From NCBI RefSeq assembly GCF_003991155.1, contig NZ_CP031293.1: a stretch of DNA of 64,000 nucleotides, one strand, 5' to 3'. The stretch comes from Escherichia coli (lineage in GTDB: Bacteria > Pseudomonadota > Gammaproteobacteria > Enterobacterales > Enterobacteriaceae). Position numbers and translations under genes: made by a program. The notes below the pieces were generated by a model that worked only from the letters and a program-made list of their open reading frames with translations, was not told where the DNA came from and made no database searches. Shown piece by piece: positions 43,872-55,385 of the stretch (its first letter is position 1; the number at the start of each line of letters is the position of its first letter).

Positions 43872-45044
43872 TCAGGCCTTATGGTGGAAATAATCACTCA
43901 GCCGGGAAAACATGCTGCCTTCCCCGACAGATTCCAGGGTAACCAGCGGCCAGTGCGCCACCTGTTTATCACGGTCGTAAAGTTCAATTTCCCCTACCCG
44001 CTGATGGGCGCTAATTGGCGCGGTGAGTTCTTTACCATCAAGGGTATATTTGGCTTTGATATGTGGAATTTCGGCTTTCGGTAGCACCATCCAGAACTCT
44101 TGTTCCGTTCCCAGGGCGATATTTTCTTTATCGCCATACCAGATGCGTTCCGTACCAACCTTTTTCCCACGGTGCAAAATTTGCACCGTAGTAAAGTTTT
44201 GTTGCCCCCAACGCAGTAATTTTCTTGCCTCTTCCTCACGACCTTTTGCGCTGTCAGCCCCCATTACCACTGCAATGAGACGACGCTGCCCATCTACAGC
44301 CGAAGCAATGAGATTAAACCCGGCACCAGAAGTATGACCCGTTTTCAGGCCGTCAACATTCATGGTTTTATCCCACAATAACCCGTTACGGTTTTGCTGG
44401 GTGATACCGTTCCAGGTGAGGCTTTTCTCACTGTACATATGATAAAACTCGGGCTCGCCGTGGATGATAGCGCGAGAAAGCACAGCTAAATCATAAGCCG
44501 AGCTATGCTGGCCAGGTGCATCCAGACCATGCACTGTTTCAAAATGCGTATCCTTGAGATGCAGCTTCTCGGCATAGTTGTTCATCATTTCAACAAACTG
44601 CCGTTGCCCACCGGCAATATAGTCAGCCAGAGCAACACAAGCGTCATTTCCGGAATCCACAATTAAACCACGGCTTAAATCACGTACCGATACGCGATCG
44701 CCCTCTTTCAGAAACATCAGTGAAGAACCGACAAACACCGGATTATCTTTCGCCCACGCATCGCGCCCCACGGTGACAATATCGTCTGGCGTAATGCGAT
44801 GACTATCGATAGCACGATCCACGACATAGCCCGTCATCAGCTTTGTCAGGCTGGCGGGATTGCGCTGTTGATGCTCATTACCCGCGGTGAGAATCTGACC
44901 GGTGGTGTAATCCATCAATACCCAGGACCCGGCATGAATCTCTGGAGGCTGAGGTGAAAAAGGAATGTTTTCCGCCGCAAAACCAGACGATAAATTAAAA
45001 ACGAACAAAGAAGCAGCAATAATAAGACGGCGTTTCAACAGCAA
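43872..45044 (-). CDS. dacD: D-alanyl-D-alanine carboxypeptidase DacD (PBP6b)
   Basis: 390 aa with signal peptide; SxxK (ASLTKLMT), SGN and KTG motifs. Confidence 0.85.
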   Translation of the reverse strand: MLLKRRLIIAASLFVFNLSSGFAAENIPFSPQPPEIHAGSWVLMDYTTGQILTAGNEHQQRNPASLTKLMTGYVVDRAIDSHRITPDDIVTVGRDAWAKDNPVFVGSSLMFLKEGDRVSVRDLSRGLIVDSGNDACVALADYIAGGQRQFVEMMNNYAEKLHLKDTHFETVHGLDAPGQHSSAYDLAVLSRAIIHGEPEFYHMYSEKSLTWNGITQQNRNGLLWDKTMNVDGLKTGHTSGAGFNLIASAVDGQRRLIAVVMGADSAKGREEEARKLLRWGQQNFTTVQILHRGKKVGTERIWYGDKENIALGTEQEFWMVLPKAEIPHIKAKYTLDGKELTAPISAHQRVGEIELYDRDKQVAHWPLVTLESVGEGSMFSRLSDYFHHKA

Positions 45045-45246
45045 ACCCTCAGGTGTTTCAAATAGCTGTTCTTTTTACGGAAATACTTATGAACTGGCTG
45101 GAATAAAGTGCAAGAAAATGTGACTACTATCTCATTTTTATCTGACATGATCTGTTGCCACTCGCTGCCAAATTGTCGCGCTAAAGCTGATTAGCACGGT
45201 GATATTTGATACTCTGGCAGACAGCAGAAACAACGGATTTAACCTA

Positions 45247-45300
45247 ATGATGAATGACGGTAAGCAACAATCTACCTTTTTGTTTCACGATTACGCGCAA
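45247..45300 (+). pseudogene. sbcB: 5' remnant of sbcB (exonuclease I) at the prophage junction
   Basis: ATGATGAATGACGGTAAGCAACAATCTACCTTTTTGTTTCACGATTAC encodes MMNDGKQQSTFLFHDY, matching the SbcB N-terminus from memory, then diverges into ...AQHP-stop. Confidence 0.55.
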
Positions 45301-45775
45301 CACCCCTGAGAACCGCCATAAACAAGGGTTTCATGATTTGTGATTTTAGTTTGGTACGCAATTTGGTACACAACACAATTTTCACTTCAGCGGGTAGTCA
45401 TCAAACTCACCATAACGCACTTCGTTGATGATGTACGTGATCACCAAAAATATCGCATCCGGACTAGTTCCATCTTCATGCGCAGGCATATGTTCATGCC
45501 TACCTGTCTGCAAACCAGTAATAAGCCATTACAGGGTGATAGTGATGCATCAACTACGTTAAGCGCAGAGAAATGATGCAGTGGTGGGCGGATTGGCTTG
45601 ATGAAAAGGTGGAGTGATCCACCTTAACCACTATCGAAGAGCACAAAGCCTTGCAATCCAGTGCAAAGCTTTGTGTGTCTCAGTTTTGTTTCATAGGTAA
45701 TCATGCGTTCACTACGATGCAAGAATCCATACCAAATTTTATTTAAAACTCACAAATACACTAGATAAAAACAAT

Positions 45776-45794
45776 CCCGCAGTTTTCATGCGGG
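45776..45794 (-). terminator. intrinsic terminator downstream of the tailspike gene
   Basis: CCCGC-N9-GCGGG hairpin followed on the minus strand by a T-rich run. Confidence 0.5.
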
Positions 45795-45814
45795 ATATAC
45801 TGCATTTATTGCAA

Positions 45815-48292
45815 CTACATTGCCATTAATATAAACATAGCCAATTCGTCATAACGAATTCCGTAGCGTCCACCTGCTTTTTTTACAAGAATCATATTTC
45901 CTGTTTTATATTGAGAATAAATTTTCTCACCTGTATCAGGATCTGTGCTCTCTTCAGTTATCACCTCTTCATCCCATACGTCTGGCCATTCATCGTAACA
46001 CCAAAAAGCATATTGCTCAGGATTTAAACCATGCTTTCTAAGAATATCTCCTACGGTTTGAGCGCCAACTCCAAAATGATACCTTGATAACTCCAATCCT
46101 TTAAAATTAATCGACTCATTAAACCTGAACTTGCATATAATTCCCTTTATTTCCAGCGCAGCATCACGCTCTGCCTGAGTAATGTCATATATTGTTTTAA
46201 GTGTTTCATCTGATGTGCTTATAGTCCCGGATGCAGAATAAATCTGAGCCCATCTAAATGATGGTGCACCAAGAGATTTGCTGTTATCAATAATTGGTGA
46301 AAAATTACCTTTAATGGCAATATTTCCAGAGTCGCCGAATATATTAATAACTGTAGAGTCATCACCATGGTTTTTTACGCTTAAGTTTCTTGATAAAATA
46401 TTTATATCTTTGTTATACCCACTAACATTAATCCATCTTTTACCATCAATGTGATACCCGTAAATATTTCCGTTTGATTGTTCGTCAGGTGACTCTCTAA
46501 GAACAATAGCATCTACTCCAGACGACCATTGTATTTTTGTATCTGTAGGCCTCCAGTTCTTTATAATGAACGAACCATCAGTAAACTCCGTTTTTATTTG
46601 TCTATTGTCTACAAATGCGTCTCTTGGTTTAAACTCACTTGTGTTAACGCTGCTCTGAAGATCAGAAGCAAAAAATCTAAGATTTCCTGTATAACCCTGA
46701 GTCTCGGTCAGGTTATACGCAATCATAATTCCATTTTCAAACTCAGATGATGTTATTTTAACATCACGGCAATCACCAAAAATGCAATTTCCTTTATCAA
46801 ATGTTGTTTGAGCTTTGAATTTATCAAACCTTAAATTACGAACAGGGAAACCATCAACCTCTAATGCAAAGGATGCATGAAGGCCAAAGTATTCTGATGG
46901 CTTACCTGATGTATGATCAAGAGTAGTGGCTACTGTATTCTCAAAAACAGTCCCGCTAAAATTATTACCAATTGACGGAAACCTGATTACACTTATTGTA
47001 CCTTGTATTTCAGGAGAAATACCAGATAGTGTGATGTTAGTTCCATCAAATGATGCATCTGAATACGTATATACTGATTCACTGCCAGCAATTTTAAACT
47101 GTTTAACTGAAGTTATTCTCATCGACTTTTTATGTTTAAATGTCACTGAGCTTTCAGTATTACTTACAAGATCAATCTGAGGGCTATTCCTTATCGCGAT
47201 TCCTGACTGGACATAAACGTTATTAAAGTGCGTTTTTTCAGGATTTCCCTTCATTGAAAGGCTCCCGTCATTTTCTGTCAGTAGTAGTCCTTTTACCCTC
47301 CAATAGCCGACAATCTGTACGTTATCAATAACTGAATCACAGCTATCGTATACATGCAACCCTATATCCCAGTTATCACCCAATGAATAAGAATCAGGGT
47401 TATTGTATCCTTCAATACCATTTTTACTTACCATTATTCTCAGATTGCGTAACTGTGATGCCCTGTTGATACTAACAGCTACGCTCATGGCTTTTGGTGT
47501 AGCAGGAGTAACACCTACAGAATCTTCATTCGTAAACTCAGTGAACTTACAAGATATCCCTTCAACAATTTTAACCGGTCTTTCATTAGAGATGTTAAAA
47601 AAATATTTGTTTTTTTCTCCATCACCAGTAAATACAAGATGGGTTCCTTTACTCCAACTTTTTAATAATCTTTCAGGCGCTGGTCTATATGTATCCCAAT
47701 AATCAATGCCAGATCCAACCAGTGAACACCCCTCAGGAATGTTAATATTCTTCTTGATGATGCATATTCCTTCCGGAATTGTTATAACCGACCTTCCAGA
47801 GTTTAAAGCTTTAATAAAAGCATCTGAATCATCTGTTTCCCCATCTATTTTTGCTCCCCACCCTCTAACATCTCCACAATCTCTCCATCGTGCCATCTGC
47901 AACTCAGGATATTTTTTAGCGCCATCTGGATCTTCTAATTGCTGCCGTAGCTGATCGGGGTCATACTTCAGCACATTAGGAAAATAGAACTGCTGCGCAC
48001 CATATGCATCATAAACAGCCATAGAATGGCCTTGCACAGTTACAAACTTGGCTATTTGCCCGTTATATACCGGGTAACCAGCAGCGTTAATGATGATTGG
48101 TTGCGAAACAGGAACGTGAGAGCCATCTTCGTTCTCCACATAAACCTGAATCTGGTTTTCAGGATTTACAGGGTCAGTGTCAATTTTACCGATATAAATT
48201 TTGCCATTGGCAACCGCTTTAAAAGAACGTGCCATAGTGAAGAGTTGAGAAGGCATACTCACTACAACATTGGCATTTATCGAATCTGTCAT
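45815..48292 (-). CDS. tailspike protein (P22 gp9-like head-binding N-terminus, divergent receptor-binding body, C-terminal chaperone-like domain)
   Basis: First ~115 aa resemble the P22 tailspike head-binding domain ([37 protein letters not shown]...[13 protein letters not shown]...VLKYDPDQ); remainder unrelated. Confidence 0.8.
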   Translation of the reverse strand: MTDSINANVVVSMPSQLFTMARSFKAVANGKIYIGKIDTDPVNPENQIQVYVENEDGSHVPVSQPIIINAAGYPVYNGQIAKFVTVQGHSMAVYDAYGAQQFYFPNVLKYDPDQLRQQLEDPDGAKKYPELQMARWRDCGDVRGWGAKIDGETDDSDAFIKALNSGRSVITIPEGICIIKKNINIPEGCSLVGSGIDYWDTYRPAPERLLKSWSKGTHLVFTGDGEKNKYFFNISNERPVKIVEGISCKFTEFTNEDSVGVTPATPKAMSVAVSINRASQLRNLRIMVSKNGIEGYNNPDSYSLGDNWDIGLHVYDSCDSVIDNVQIVGYWRVKGLLLTENDGSLSMKGNPEKTHFNNVYVQSGIAIRNSPQIDLVSNTESSVTFKHKKSMRITSVKQFKIAGSESVYTYSDASFDGTNITLSGISPEIQGTISVIRFPSIGNNFSGTVFENTVATTLDHTSGKPSEYFGLHASFALEVDGFPVRNLRFDKFKAQTTFDKGNCIFGDCRDVKITSSEFENGIMIAYNLTETQGYTGNLRFFASDLQSSVNTSEFKPRDAFVDNRQIKTEFTDGSFIIKNWRPTDTKIQWSSGVDAIVLRESPDEQSNGNIYGYHIDGKRWINVSGYNKDINILSRNLSVKNHGDDSTVINIFGDSGNIAIKGNFSPIIDNSKSLGAPSFRWAQIYSASGTISTSDETLKTIYDITQAERDAALEIKGIICKFRFNESINFKGLELSRYHFGVGAQTVGDILRKHGLNPEQYAFWCYDEWPDVWDEEVITEESTDPDTGEKIYSQYKTGNMILVKKAGGRYGIRYDELAMFILMAM

Positions 48293-48391
48293 TTAATTTG
48301 CTCCAGATACAAGGAATCGCCGCAGCATGGCTACGGTGAATTTTGGGCATAAAAAACCCAGCCGAAGCTGGGTCGTTGCGTTGGTTATCTG

Positions 48392-49321
48392 TCAGTAGTT
48401 ATGTACTGAAGGAGGTAATTCTTTATTCTTAAGTCTCATCCATGCGGAAAGATTCGTTGGTCCGTCTGGCTCATTGATATCAACATCTCGTGTGTGATTG
48501 ATTAAAACGTCTCTCGCCATTCCGATAACATACGAGAACTCATGACCATAGTCGTAGCATCTGCCGGAATAGTTCGATTGAATTTGTTTTAATGCCGGAT
48601 ACAGTTCGCGGAATAACGCCTGTGAGCGGTTGGCATAATCCCATAACCATACAAGGCTGTTTGCTTCTTTTGCAGAAAGCTCGTTGGTTTTCTTCTCTTG
48701 TTTGCCAATGAACTCACCTTCAAGCGGAACGCGAGCAGCAAGTGACAGTGCTTCGGTAAACTGCTCATCACTGATTTCTTTGTACGAACATCCAAAATGG
48801 GATTTCAGTGACGACCACATGGTGATCATCGCCTTCGCCTGTTTTTCTTTTGGCAGAGACTGACCGCGACTCATGACGAGTTGTTTAATGGCTTCCTGCT
48901 GTTCAGTGGTGATTTTACCCGGCAACGCCTTTTTAGCTTTGCGTGGGTTAACTACATGGCCTTTAGTCCAGTACTCGTAGAGCACATCGTCACACTCTTC
49001 CTGATACTGGATTACCTTGTCGCGGATTTCAGGGCGGACTTTGTTTGGACTGATGGTTTGCAGCCAGCCAGCAAGTTTGCGAAGTGCCAAACAAATAATC
49101 TCACGGCACTGTTCATCACCAGGAAGCTGCATTGTGATTTTCACAATGGAGGTTTTAAACCGTTGCTTTATTTTCGTAAACTGTGAAGCCCAATCCATAC
49201 CCATACCTTCAACGATAGGTTTCATTGGGGTGTACGGCTCACCGTTGTGATTGACGACATAAAGCTCTGCGCCGTGGAATGGCACGTTGATAGTAGATAC
49301 TGCTGTTGCTATACTTTTCAT
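48392..49321 (-). CDS. ant: phage antirepressor Ant
   Basis: 309 aa downstream of arc in the immI arrangement. Confidence 0.7.
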   Translation of the reverse strand: MKSIATAVSTINVPFHGAELYVVNHNGEPYTPMKPIVEGMGMDWASQFTKIKQRFKTSIVKITMQLPGDEQCREIICLALRKLAGWLQTISPNKVRPEIRDKVIQYQEECDDVLYEYWTKGHVVNPRKAKKALPGKITTEQQEAIKQLVMSRGQSLPKEKQAKAMITMWSSLKSHFGCSYKEISDEQFTEALSLAARVPLEGEFIGKQEKKTNELSAKEANSLVWLWDYANRSQALFRELYPALKQIQSNYSGRCYDYGHEFSYVIGMARDVLINHTRDVDINEPDGPTNLSAWMRLKNKELPPSVHNY

Positions 49322-49387
49322 GTCAGTTTTTCCTCAAAATTTACTGGCGATTTAAGCCCGAGCTACTCGCAATAGCTTGGGCTTTAC

Positions 49388-49534
49388 TCATTCTGGACAA
49401 ACAATTCCATCCTTAGCTACTGACTCCTTTAGTCTCCTCAATACCTCATTACTGAACGACCGATCATCCTTTTTCGCGGACTGCTCCAAAGCCTTTTCCA
49501 GCCATTCTGGCATCCTTAATGTCTTAACTTTCAT
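49388..49534 (-). CDS. arc: Arc-like ribbon-helix-helix repressor
   Basis: MKVKTLRMPEWLEKALEQSAKKDDRSFSNEVLRRLKESV... Arc/MetJ-type fold, upstream of ant. Confidence 0.7.
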   Translation of the reverse strand: MKVKTLRMPEWLEKALEQSAKKDDRSFSNEVLRRLKESVAKDGIVCPE

Positions 49535-49646
49535 TTTTGCTCCTTTGCTCCTTTGTATGTGGTACGCATACATAGTATTTAGGTACGCATTGATAGTCAA
49601 TAGATACCTACATATCCTGTGGTAAATAATTATTCAGGATGCGCCG

Positions 49647-49898
49647 ATGTCTGATCGTAAGTACAAAAACCCTCAAGTGAATCTGAGGCTTCCTGTAGAG
49701 ATAAAGGAACGTCTTATTGAGCTGGCTGAGGCTAATTCTCGTTCATTAAATGCTGAGATGGTAGCAGCACTTGAGGCATGGACTGAAAAAAATAAACATA
49801 TTCAAGCACTAGATATTGCAACTATAGCATCGCGGTTGATAGAGCTTGAGCATGAGGTTGAGAAGTTAAAATGTATGCATGGCAACGGTGAAAAATGA
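49647..49898 (+). CDS. mnt: Mnt-like maintenance repressor (ribbon-helix-helix)
   Basis: 83 aa; NPQVNLRLPVEIKERLIELAEANSRSLNAEMVAAL; divergent from arc-ant. Confidence 0.75.
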   Translation: MSDRKYKNPQVNLRLPVEIKERLIELAEANSRSLNAEMVAALEAWTEKNKHIQALDIATIASRLIELEHEVEKLKCMHGNGEK

Positions 49899-50209
49899 AA
49901 CGCATCGCTATTTTGTTAATATTGTTCTTCTCTACAATAGTTTGCGCCAAACAAAAATCAGATAATGGCGATCTTAAAGGCCTGCAAGAACTCATGATAA
50001 CTTCGAAATTTGCTGGCATGTGCGGCACAATCAAACAAATGGCAACATTTCAAGAATCAACAAAAATGCCTGGCGGAGATGAGTTCTTACAGCGTTTTCT
50101 GACCACAGAGCAAGCAAGACTTGGAATGAATCCACAGGAGTTTCTTGAAGCATGCCAGAAGTCAATTTCAGCTTATACCAATTATTACAATCTAACTTCT
50201 GATAAATAA
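49895..50209 (+). CDS. small exported protein (signal peptide), mnt-coupled prophage moron
   Basis: ATG overlaps the mnt stop (ATGA at 49895-49898); MKRIAILLILFFSTIVCA signal peptide; 104 aa. Confidence 0.55.
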   Translation: MKRIAILLILFFSTIVCAKQKSDNGDLKGLQELMITSKFAGMCGTIKQMATFQESTKMPGGDEFLQRFLTTEQARLGMNPQEFLEACQKSISAYTNYYNLTSDK

Positions 50210-50234
50210 TAGAAAGGATTTTATAAATAACTTT

Positions 50235-50720
50235 ATGAAAAAATCACTATTAATTATCCCGCTTCTGCTGGCTGGATGCGCAAAAGTAAGTGACTACCAA
50301 GCAAGTTGCGAACAACGCTATCCAAAGCTTAGTGATATGGCTAATTGCCTTGATGCCAGCGTGAAGAACGACTCACGCATGGCATCAGCACCAACACCTA
50401 AGCTGTATGTCCTTGCTGCGAAGATGCTCGGGCAAGGTGTCGATGAAGGCAAGATAAGTGACGCACAGGCAAGACTTGAGCTTCAGAATCTTTATGTTCA
50501 ATTACAAAGCCAAGAACAAGCCCAACAAATAGCGCAAAGCCAAGCATTCCAGCAGGCTTTATTGAATTATCAGGCTGTAAACACAATGCAAGCGATCGAG
50601 CAAAAAGCGCGCCAGCCTGTTATAACTCAACCTTACCCAACACGCGTTGACACATATACAAACTGCAATTCAGGATTTGGAAACACCGTCACATGCAACA
50701 GTAGCAGCAACATTAGATAA
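50235..50720 (+). CDS. lipoprotein, prophage moron at the P22 sieA position
   Basis: MKKSLLIIPLLLAGC lipobox; Gln-rich central region; 161 aa. Confidence 0.6.
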   Translation: MKKSLLIIPLLLAGCAKVSDYQASCEQRYPKLSDMANCLDASVKNDSRMASAPTPKLYVLAAKMLGQGVDEGKISDAQARLELQNLYVQLQSQEQAQQIAQSQAFQQALLNYQAVNTMQAIEQKARQPVITQPYPTRVDTYTNCNSGFGNTVTCNSSSNIR

Positions 50721-50722
50721 AG

Positions 50723-52885
50723 CTATTCATATTCATTCATACCGCTTAACGAGGCGACAATACCAGCTCTCGACAAGCGATTGAATTCATCGCTACCAAT
50801 AGCATCGCGTATTGCTTTTACGGCGGCTTTATTTGCCATAAATCTGCGTTCCGCCGCCGCTAATGCTTCTTTACTTCCGCCAGCTCTTACTGCTTTCGTG
50901 GCTTCCTGAACTGCTTTCTCTATCGCATATCGGCCGCTACGCGTGGTGGCAATTTTAGATACAGCACCTTTTAACCCGGCGCCAACTAAAGCACCTGCGG
51001 CAGCGCCTGCAATGCCCCCTCCTGCTCCACCAACAATGGCACCTGATGTTGAGTTGGCAATTGCATTTAACACTGTTGATGTGACGTTGGATAAACCGGC
51101 ATCCAGATCGCGTAGTACATTGGCAGTTCTCCCTGTTCTTTCAATATACTGCTGAGGCTTCACTGCTGCTCTTGCAAGAGTGCCATATGCATCAGCAATT
51201 CTTCCGAGTTCTGAGGAATATCTGCTAATGGCTTTTACATTTTGTGGGGTAAGTATCCCTGCGATATGGTTAATTCCTGCTGCATCAGCTTTGCCACCAC
51301 GTACACCATGCGAGATAGCATCTTGCAACATTGATGATATAGCAGGAACACGCTCTGATTCTGGCAGCGCGCGGATCATAGAATGGAACCCAGCAGGACC
51401 ATTAAGACCTTTAGCTGACGATGATTGAAGGGATTTTACTCCATTCGTAATCAGTGCATCTGTTGCCAAATCACGCCCGAAAACAGACTCTGCACTCTCT
51501 TGTGCTGATAACCTCGCTTTAGACAGATCATTAGCTTTCTGCCAGTCATCAAGAAATCCGCCGTTTTCCGCCATTGTGCGCATATCATCAGTAATTGCCC
51601 GGCGTATTTCCCCTGCTCTCCTTGCCGCATTTGCCTCTCCGCTACGCTTATATTTTTGCTCCGCATCAGCAAATTTCGCTCTCCATGCTTTCATGCCATC
51701 AAATGTTACCCCACCTTGATTGTTTGCCTGAACAAACTGTTTCATTTCAGGAGTAAGCGGTATGCCAGCAGATCGCTCTGCCTGAATAACGGCATTACCA
51801 TTTAGCATTCTTGCTTTTTGATTTGGCATTGTTGACCGCACGTCATCCCATGCCGCGCGCTCGGCATCCTTCATCTGATCAAGATTTTGAAGAATCCTTT
51901 GTTTTATAGCCGCACTTTTTTCTGATGCCGTTCCAGATGCGGCCCCAAATTCATCAAGGTTTCGACTTAACTTTGATGATATTTCGTTAAATGCTGCCTG
52001 ATGGGCGTCCTGAACAATTCCTGGTGTTGATGCCAATGCGCCTTCGGCTTGTGCAATTCCACGACTTCCAGATCGCATTCCTGGTGTTAATGCGTTTATA
52101 TCAATTCCAGCAGACTCAGCCGCTTTTGCTACATCTTCGGACACATTAGCGGCCTGACTGGCAATTGACTGACGCCCAGCACCTGACTTTGCCATCCTGG
52201 AAACATCATTAGCAGAATTCAGTGCTGCACCACCAAGAGCCTGTGAAACCCTTGGCGCAATAACGCGCCCGACACCTGAAAGAACGCCTTGAGCACCAAT
52301 ATTGATACCACCGTTAATGGCAGCATTTTGTGCAAAGTCGCCCTCCTGATTTGCAGCATCAGCAAGAGAACCTGCAATCATGTTTCCTGCGGAACCGATA
52401 TCTCCAGCGAGCTTTGCTGGCGCTCCAGCAGCTTTTGCCGCTGTGCCAATTGGCAGGAGATACCCACCAATTGTTTCACCGGCTTGCGCATAAGGGTCTG
52501 TCGGTCGATCGACTGGACGATAGACATCATCCAAAACCTTTGGGCCACCAAGCCCCTGGCTGATTGCATTAATCAGACTTGCGCCACCCTGCAATACGTC
52601 AAATGGTATGTTTACCAGACCACGACCAGCCTGTTCTGCAATTTGCCCTGCACTTTGACCACCTGTGAGCCAATCACCAGCTTGTTGCATCAATGATGGT
52701 TCTTCTTTCTGCTGCTGTGGCGGAGGGTATGCTGCATAAAACTGATCTCTTGCTTCAGCCCATTTGTCACCAGCCTTAGGGGCAACAACCTCATCAAAAT
52801 ATTGCGCTTGAGCCTGTGCTTTCTGTTCTTCAGTTAACGCCTGATACTGTGGAGAAGCGATAACATCTTTCCATGCTTTAGCCAT
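50723..52885 (-). CDS. ejection (injection) protein, P22 gp16-like
   Basis: 720 aa, Gly/Ala-rich; gene order after gp20. Confidence 0.65.
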   Translation of the reverse strand: MAKAWKDVIASPQYQALTEEQKAQAQAQYFDEVVAPKAGDKWAEARDQFYAAYPPPQQQKEEPSLMQQAGDWLTGGQSAGQIAEQAGRGLVNIPFDVLQGGASLINAISQGLGGPKVLDDVYRPVDRPTDPYAQAGETIGGYLLPIGTAAKAAGAPAKLAGDIGSAGNMIAGSLADAANQEGDFAQNAAINGGINIGAQGVLSGVGRVIAPRVSQALGGAALNSANDVSRMAKSGAGRQSIASQAANVSEDVAKAAESAGIDINALTPGMRSGSRGIAQAEGALASTPGIVQDAHQAAFNEISSKLSRNLDEFGAASGTASEKSAAIKQRILQNLDQMKDAERAAWDDVRSTMPNQKARMLNGNAVIQAERSAGIPLTPEMKQFVQANNQGGVTFDGMKAWRAKFADAEQKYKRSGEANAARRAGEIRRAITDDMRTMAENGGFLDDWQKANDLSKARLSAQESAESVFGRDLATDALITNGVKSLQSSSAKGLNGPAGFHSMIRALPESERVPAISSMLQDAISHGVRGGKADAAGINHIAGILTPQNVKAISRYSSELGRIADAYGTLARAAVKPQQYIERTGRTANVLRDLDAGLSNVTSTVLNAIANSTSGAIVGGAGGGIAGAAAGALVGAGLKGAVSKIATTRSGRYAIEKAVQEATKAVRAGGSKEALAAAERRFMANKAAVKAIRDAIGSDEFNRLSRAGIVASLSGMNEYE

Positions 52886-54225
52886 TAATCACCCCATAAA
52901 GACGAGAAACCGGAATTATTGCTGTCGCTTCCTGATTTTCGCTCACTAACATATGTGTCATAACCTGATGAACTATATCCCATTGATTCAGCCTCCCTTG
53001 CTGCAACCTTTTGAAATACAGAATATTGCGATCGGATTTCAGATAACTGTTTTCTGACGACCTCTTCAGGCTGTGTTATATCGAGTTTCGCGATCAGGTT
53101 TTCCAGTTTTTGGCCTTCAGCATTGGAGAGGCTACCCATACCTCGCATAGTCTGCACGTTCTGGACAAACGCACCCGACTTTAATTCTTCTATCGCATTA
53201 CGGTTTGCAAGCCCTTCAGCACTTGTGAAGCCATCTATATTTCTTCCTTCGAAGCGACCGATACCTTCAAGCTCCTTCTTACCAAGCAAAGAATCAATTT
53301 TCTCTATCCCTCGCTCACCAGTAATCAACGCATTGTTGTAATTATTGTTGCCATCAAGCCATCTCTTAGCCTGAGACATTCTGGCTGACGTTGCAGCTTT
53401 ACCGGTTAGAGGATCAATTCCCGTCGCTGCTATCTGTGAGTTAAGAGACAAAACATCCATATCCTGAAGTTGTCCTGCTCTTTCAAGGGCCGCCTGTGAC
53501 TGCTTAAACACATACTTGTCGTGATTCAGTCTTGCCATTTGAGCCTTATAGGAAAGATCCTGCCCCCTAATAGCCCTCGCATTCGTCATGTCATTATTGC
53601 GAATGGTTTCGTTAATTCTTTGCTGTTCCTGCTGGCGACCAACCATCTTGTCCTGAACATTGAAGTAATCAATCGGACCAAGAGCAGCCATTCCGAGGTG
53701 ATCAACAAACTCACCAAATCCTGAAGGATTCTGCTGATACATCTGAGCAACGTTGTTAGGGTCAACGCCGACGCGCGCCAGTTCCTTGGCGTTGTTTTGC
53801 AGCCATGATTGCATTGCTTCTGGAGACGAGGCCGCAAGGCGTGCGCCAGCTGCTAAGGTGCCGATAGAATTACGCTGCTCTTCATCAATGAATCCCATGC
53901 CTTTACGAACGGATTCAATCTGGTCTGGATATTGAGTAGCCAACTGACGCAAAGCACCGCGATCACCAGACGCATAAGCATTAGCGTATGCCTGCTGAAA
54001 TTCTTTCTGCCGCTGAGCCTGCTTTTCCTGCTGAAACACCCCCGCAATACCTGAAAGTCCTTGCAAAGCAGTCAGCCCAACATTGTTAGCGCCTGAACGC
54101 TCAATATCATTGTTCTGCCTGATAAGCTGAAGCGTATTGCCGATGTCATTTACGCTCGGAGCGTTTGAGTTGACGCCGCCGATACCAGCCAACAATCCGC
54201 CATTTGATCCTTGCCAAGTAGCCAT
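52885..54225 (-). CDS. ejection protein, P22 gp20-like
   Basis: 446 aa in gp20 position. Confidence 0.65.
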   Translation of the reverse strand: MATWQGSNGGLLAGIGGVNSNAPSVNDIGNTLQLIRQNNDIERSGANNVGLTALQGLSGIAGVFQQEKQAQRQKEFQQAYANAYASGDRGALRQLATQYPDQIESVRKGMGFIDEEQRNSIGTLAAGARLAASSPEAMQSWLQNNAKELARVGVDPNNVAQMYQQNPSGFGEFVDHLGMAALGPIDYFNVQDKMVGRQQEQQRINETIRNNDMTNARAIRGQDLSYKAQMARLNHDKYVFKQSQAALERAGQLQDMDVLSLNSQIAATGIDPLTGKAATSARMSQAKRWLDGNNNYNNALITGERGIEKIDSLLGKKELEGIGRFEGRNIDGFTSAEGLANRNAIEELKSGAFVQNVQTMRGMGSLSNAEGQKLENLIAKLDITQPEEVVRKQLSEIRSQYSVFQKVAAREAESMGYSSSGYDTYVSERKSGSDSNNSGFSSLWGD

Positions 54226-54234
54226 GATTACCCC

Positions 54235-54927
54235 TTAAAACAACGAACCAAGCAATCCGATACCAGCACCAATGCCAGCGCCCCAAGGTGTTGATGTTCC
54301 CAAAAGGCTGGCAAGACCTGCACCGGCAATCGCACCGGACGTTCCGCCGCTAATTGCTGTCTGAAGACTTGATGGTTTATTGGCATTAGCAGCGGCAAGT
54401 GCTGCGCTTTGCTGTGCAATGCTGCTCATGTTGTTGGCGTACGTCTGCCCGGCGTTTGCCTGACCTTGCAGAGCACCAAGCCCAACGTTTGCCAGATTGT
54501 TGTAATTGCTCATCTGGTTTGATAACCAAGACTGACCGAGAGTCGGCGCGATCGTAGCCAGTTGATTGCTTGTGGCTGTCGAACCAAGTCCGCCAGTCGC
54601 CTCCGCAGCAGCAAGACTCTGGTAACGAGCCTGACCTGCAAGGTCTTTATACTGCTGAGAATTGTAATACTGATTAAGTGCCTTCCCCTGACCTTCTAAA
54701 CTGGAAAGATTCTGAAGCTGGTTAACATACTGCTCCGCAAGCGGCGTGAACGGAGCAAGGTTTTTCATGATCGTCTGCCACTGCTGATTTTGCAGGTCTG
54801 CGGCATACTTCTGGGCTTCTGCTGCATACTTTGCGCTTTTATCAGAACTGCCACCTTTCCCGCCTTTTTCAGGGCAATAAGGTTCCTCGCCGCGCAGTTT
54901 TCTGCCCAGCTTAAATGCATATAACAT
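54235..54927 (-). CDS. ejection protein, P22 gp7-like
   Basis: 230 aa in gp7 position. Confidence 0.65.
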   Translation of the reverse strand: MLYAFKLGRKLRGEEPYCPEKGGKGGSSDKSAKYAAEAQKYAADLQNQQWQTIMKNLAPFTPLAEQYVNQLQNLSSLEGQGKALNQYYNSQQYKDLAGQARYQSLAAAEATGGLGSTATSNQLATIAPTLGQSWLSNQMSNYNNLANVGLGALQGQANAGQTYANNMSSIAQQSAALAAANANKPSSLQTAISGGTSGAIAGAGLASLLGTSTPWGAGIGAGIGLLGSLF

Positions 54928-54929
54928 GG

Positions 54930-55385
54930 CTATCTCCCGTGATTCAGGAAGTCGATTAGTTCTTCGCGTGTGGCGCTGTAAAACGTCACGTCATCCACGC
55001 CTTTGAAGTATTTCTTGATGGTTCCTACACGCTTAAGGCCAATCATTGCGCAGTACATCTGACCGTGGCGGAATTTGCGCGCAGCGAACGATGTGACACA
55101 CTGAACAGTGGTGTTAGTCAGAATGTATCGCCAGAACGCCAGCCCGATTTCCTTGCTGAAGCCGCGAACCTCTGGCAGGTACATGGCGTGGCAATCGAAT
55201 GTCAGCGGCTGAATCTCCTGATAGTAAACAATGCCGCCGAACTGCCCGTGCACGTTAACTTCAAAGTAACGGCAATCAGGTTTGTAGCCGTATTCATCAC
55301 CGTTATTGCTCCCGGCGATAATGTCAGGGTGATTTCCGACTGCTTCTATCAGGTCGATGTTTCGCGTTGGTTTGAATGTAATCAT
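54930..55385 (-). CDS. P22 gp14-like protein
   Basis: 151 aa between gp7 and gp26 homologs. Confidence 0.55.
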   Translation of the reverse strand: MITFKPTRNIDLIEAVGNHPDIIAGSNNGDEYGYKPDCRYFEVNVHGQFGGIVYYQEIQPLTFDCHAMYLPEVRGFSKEIGLAFWRYILTNTTVQCVTSFAARKFRHGQMYCAMIGLKRVGTIKKYFKGVDDVTFYSATREELIDFLNHGR

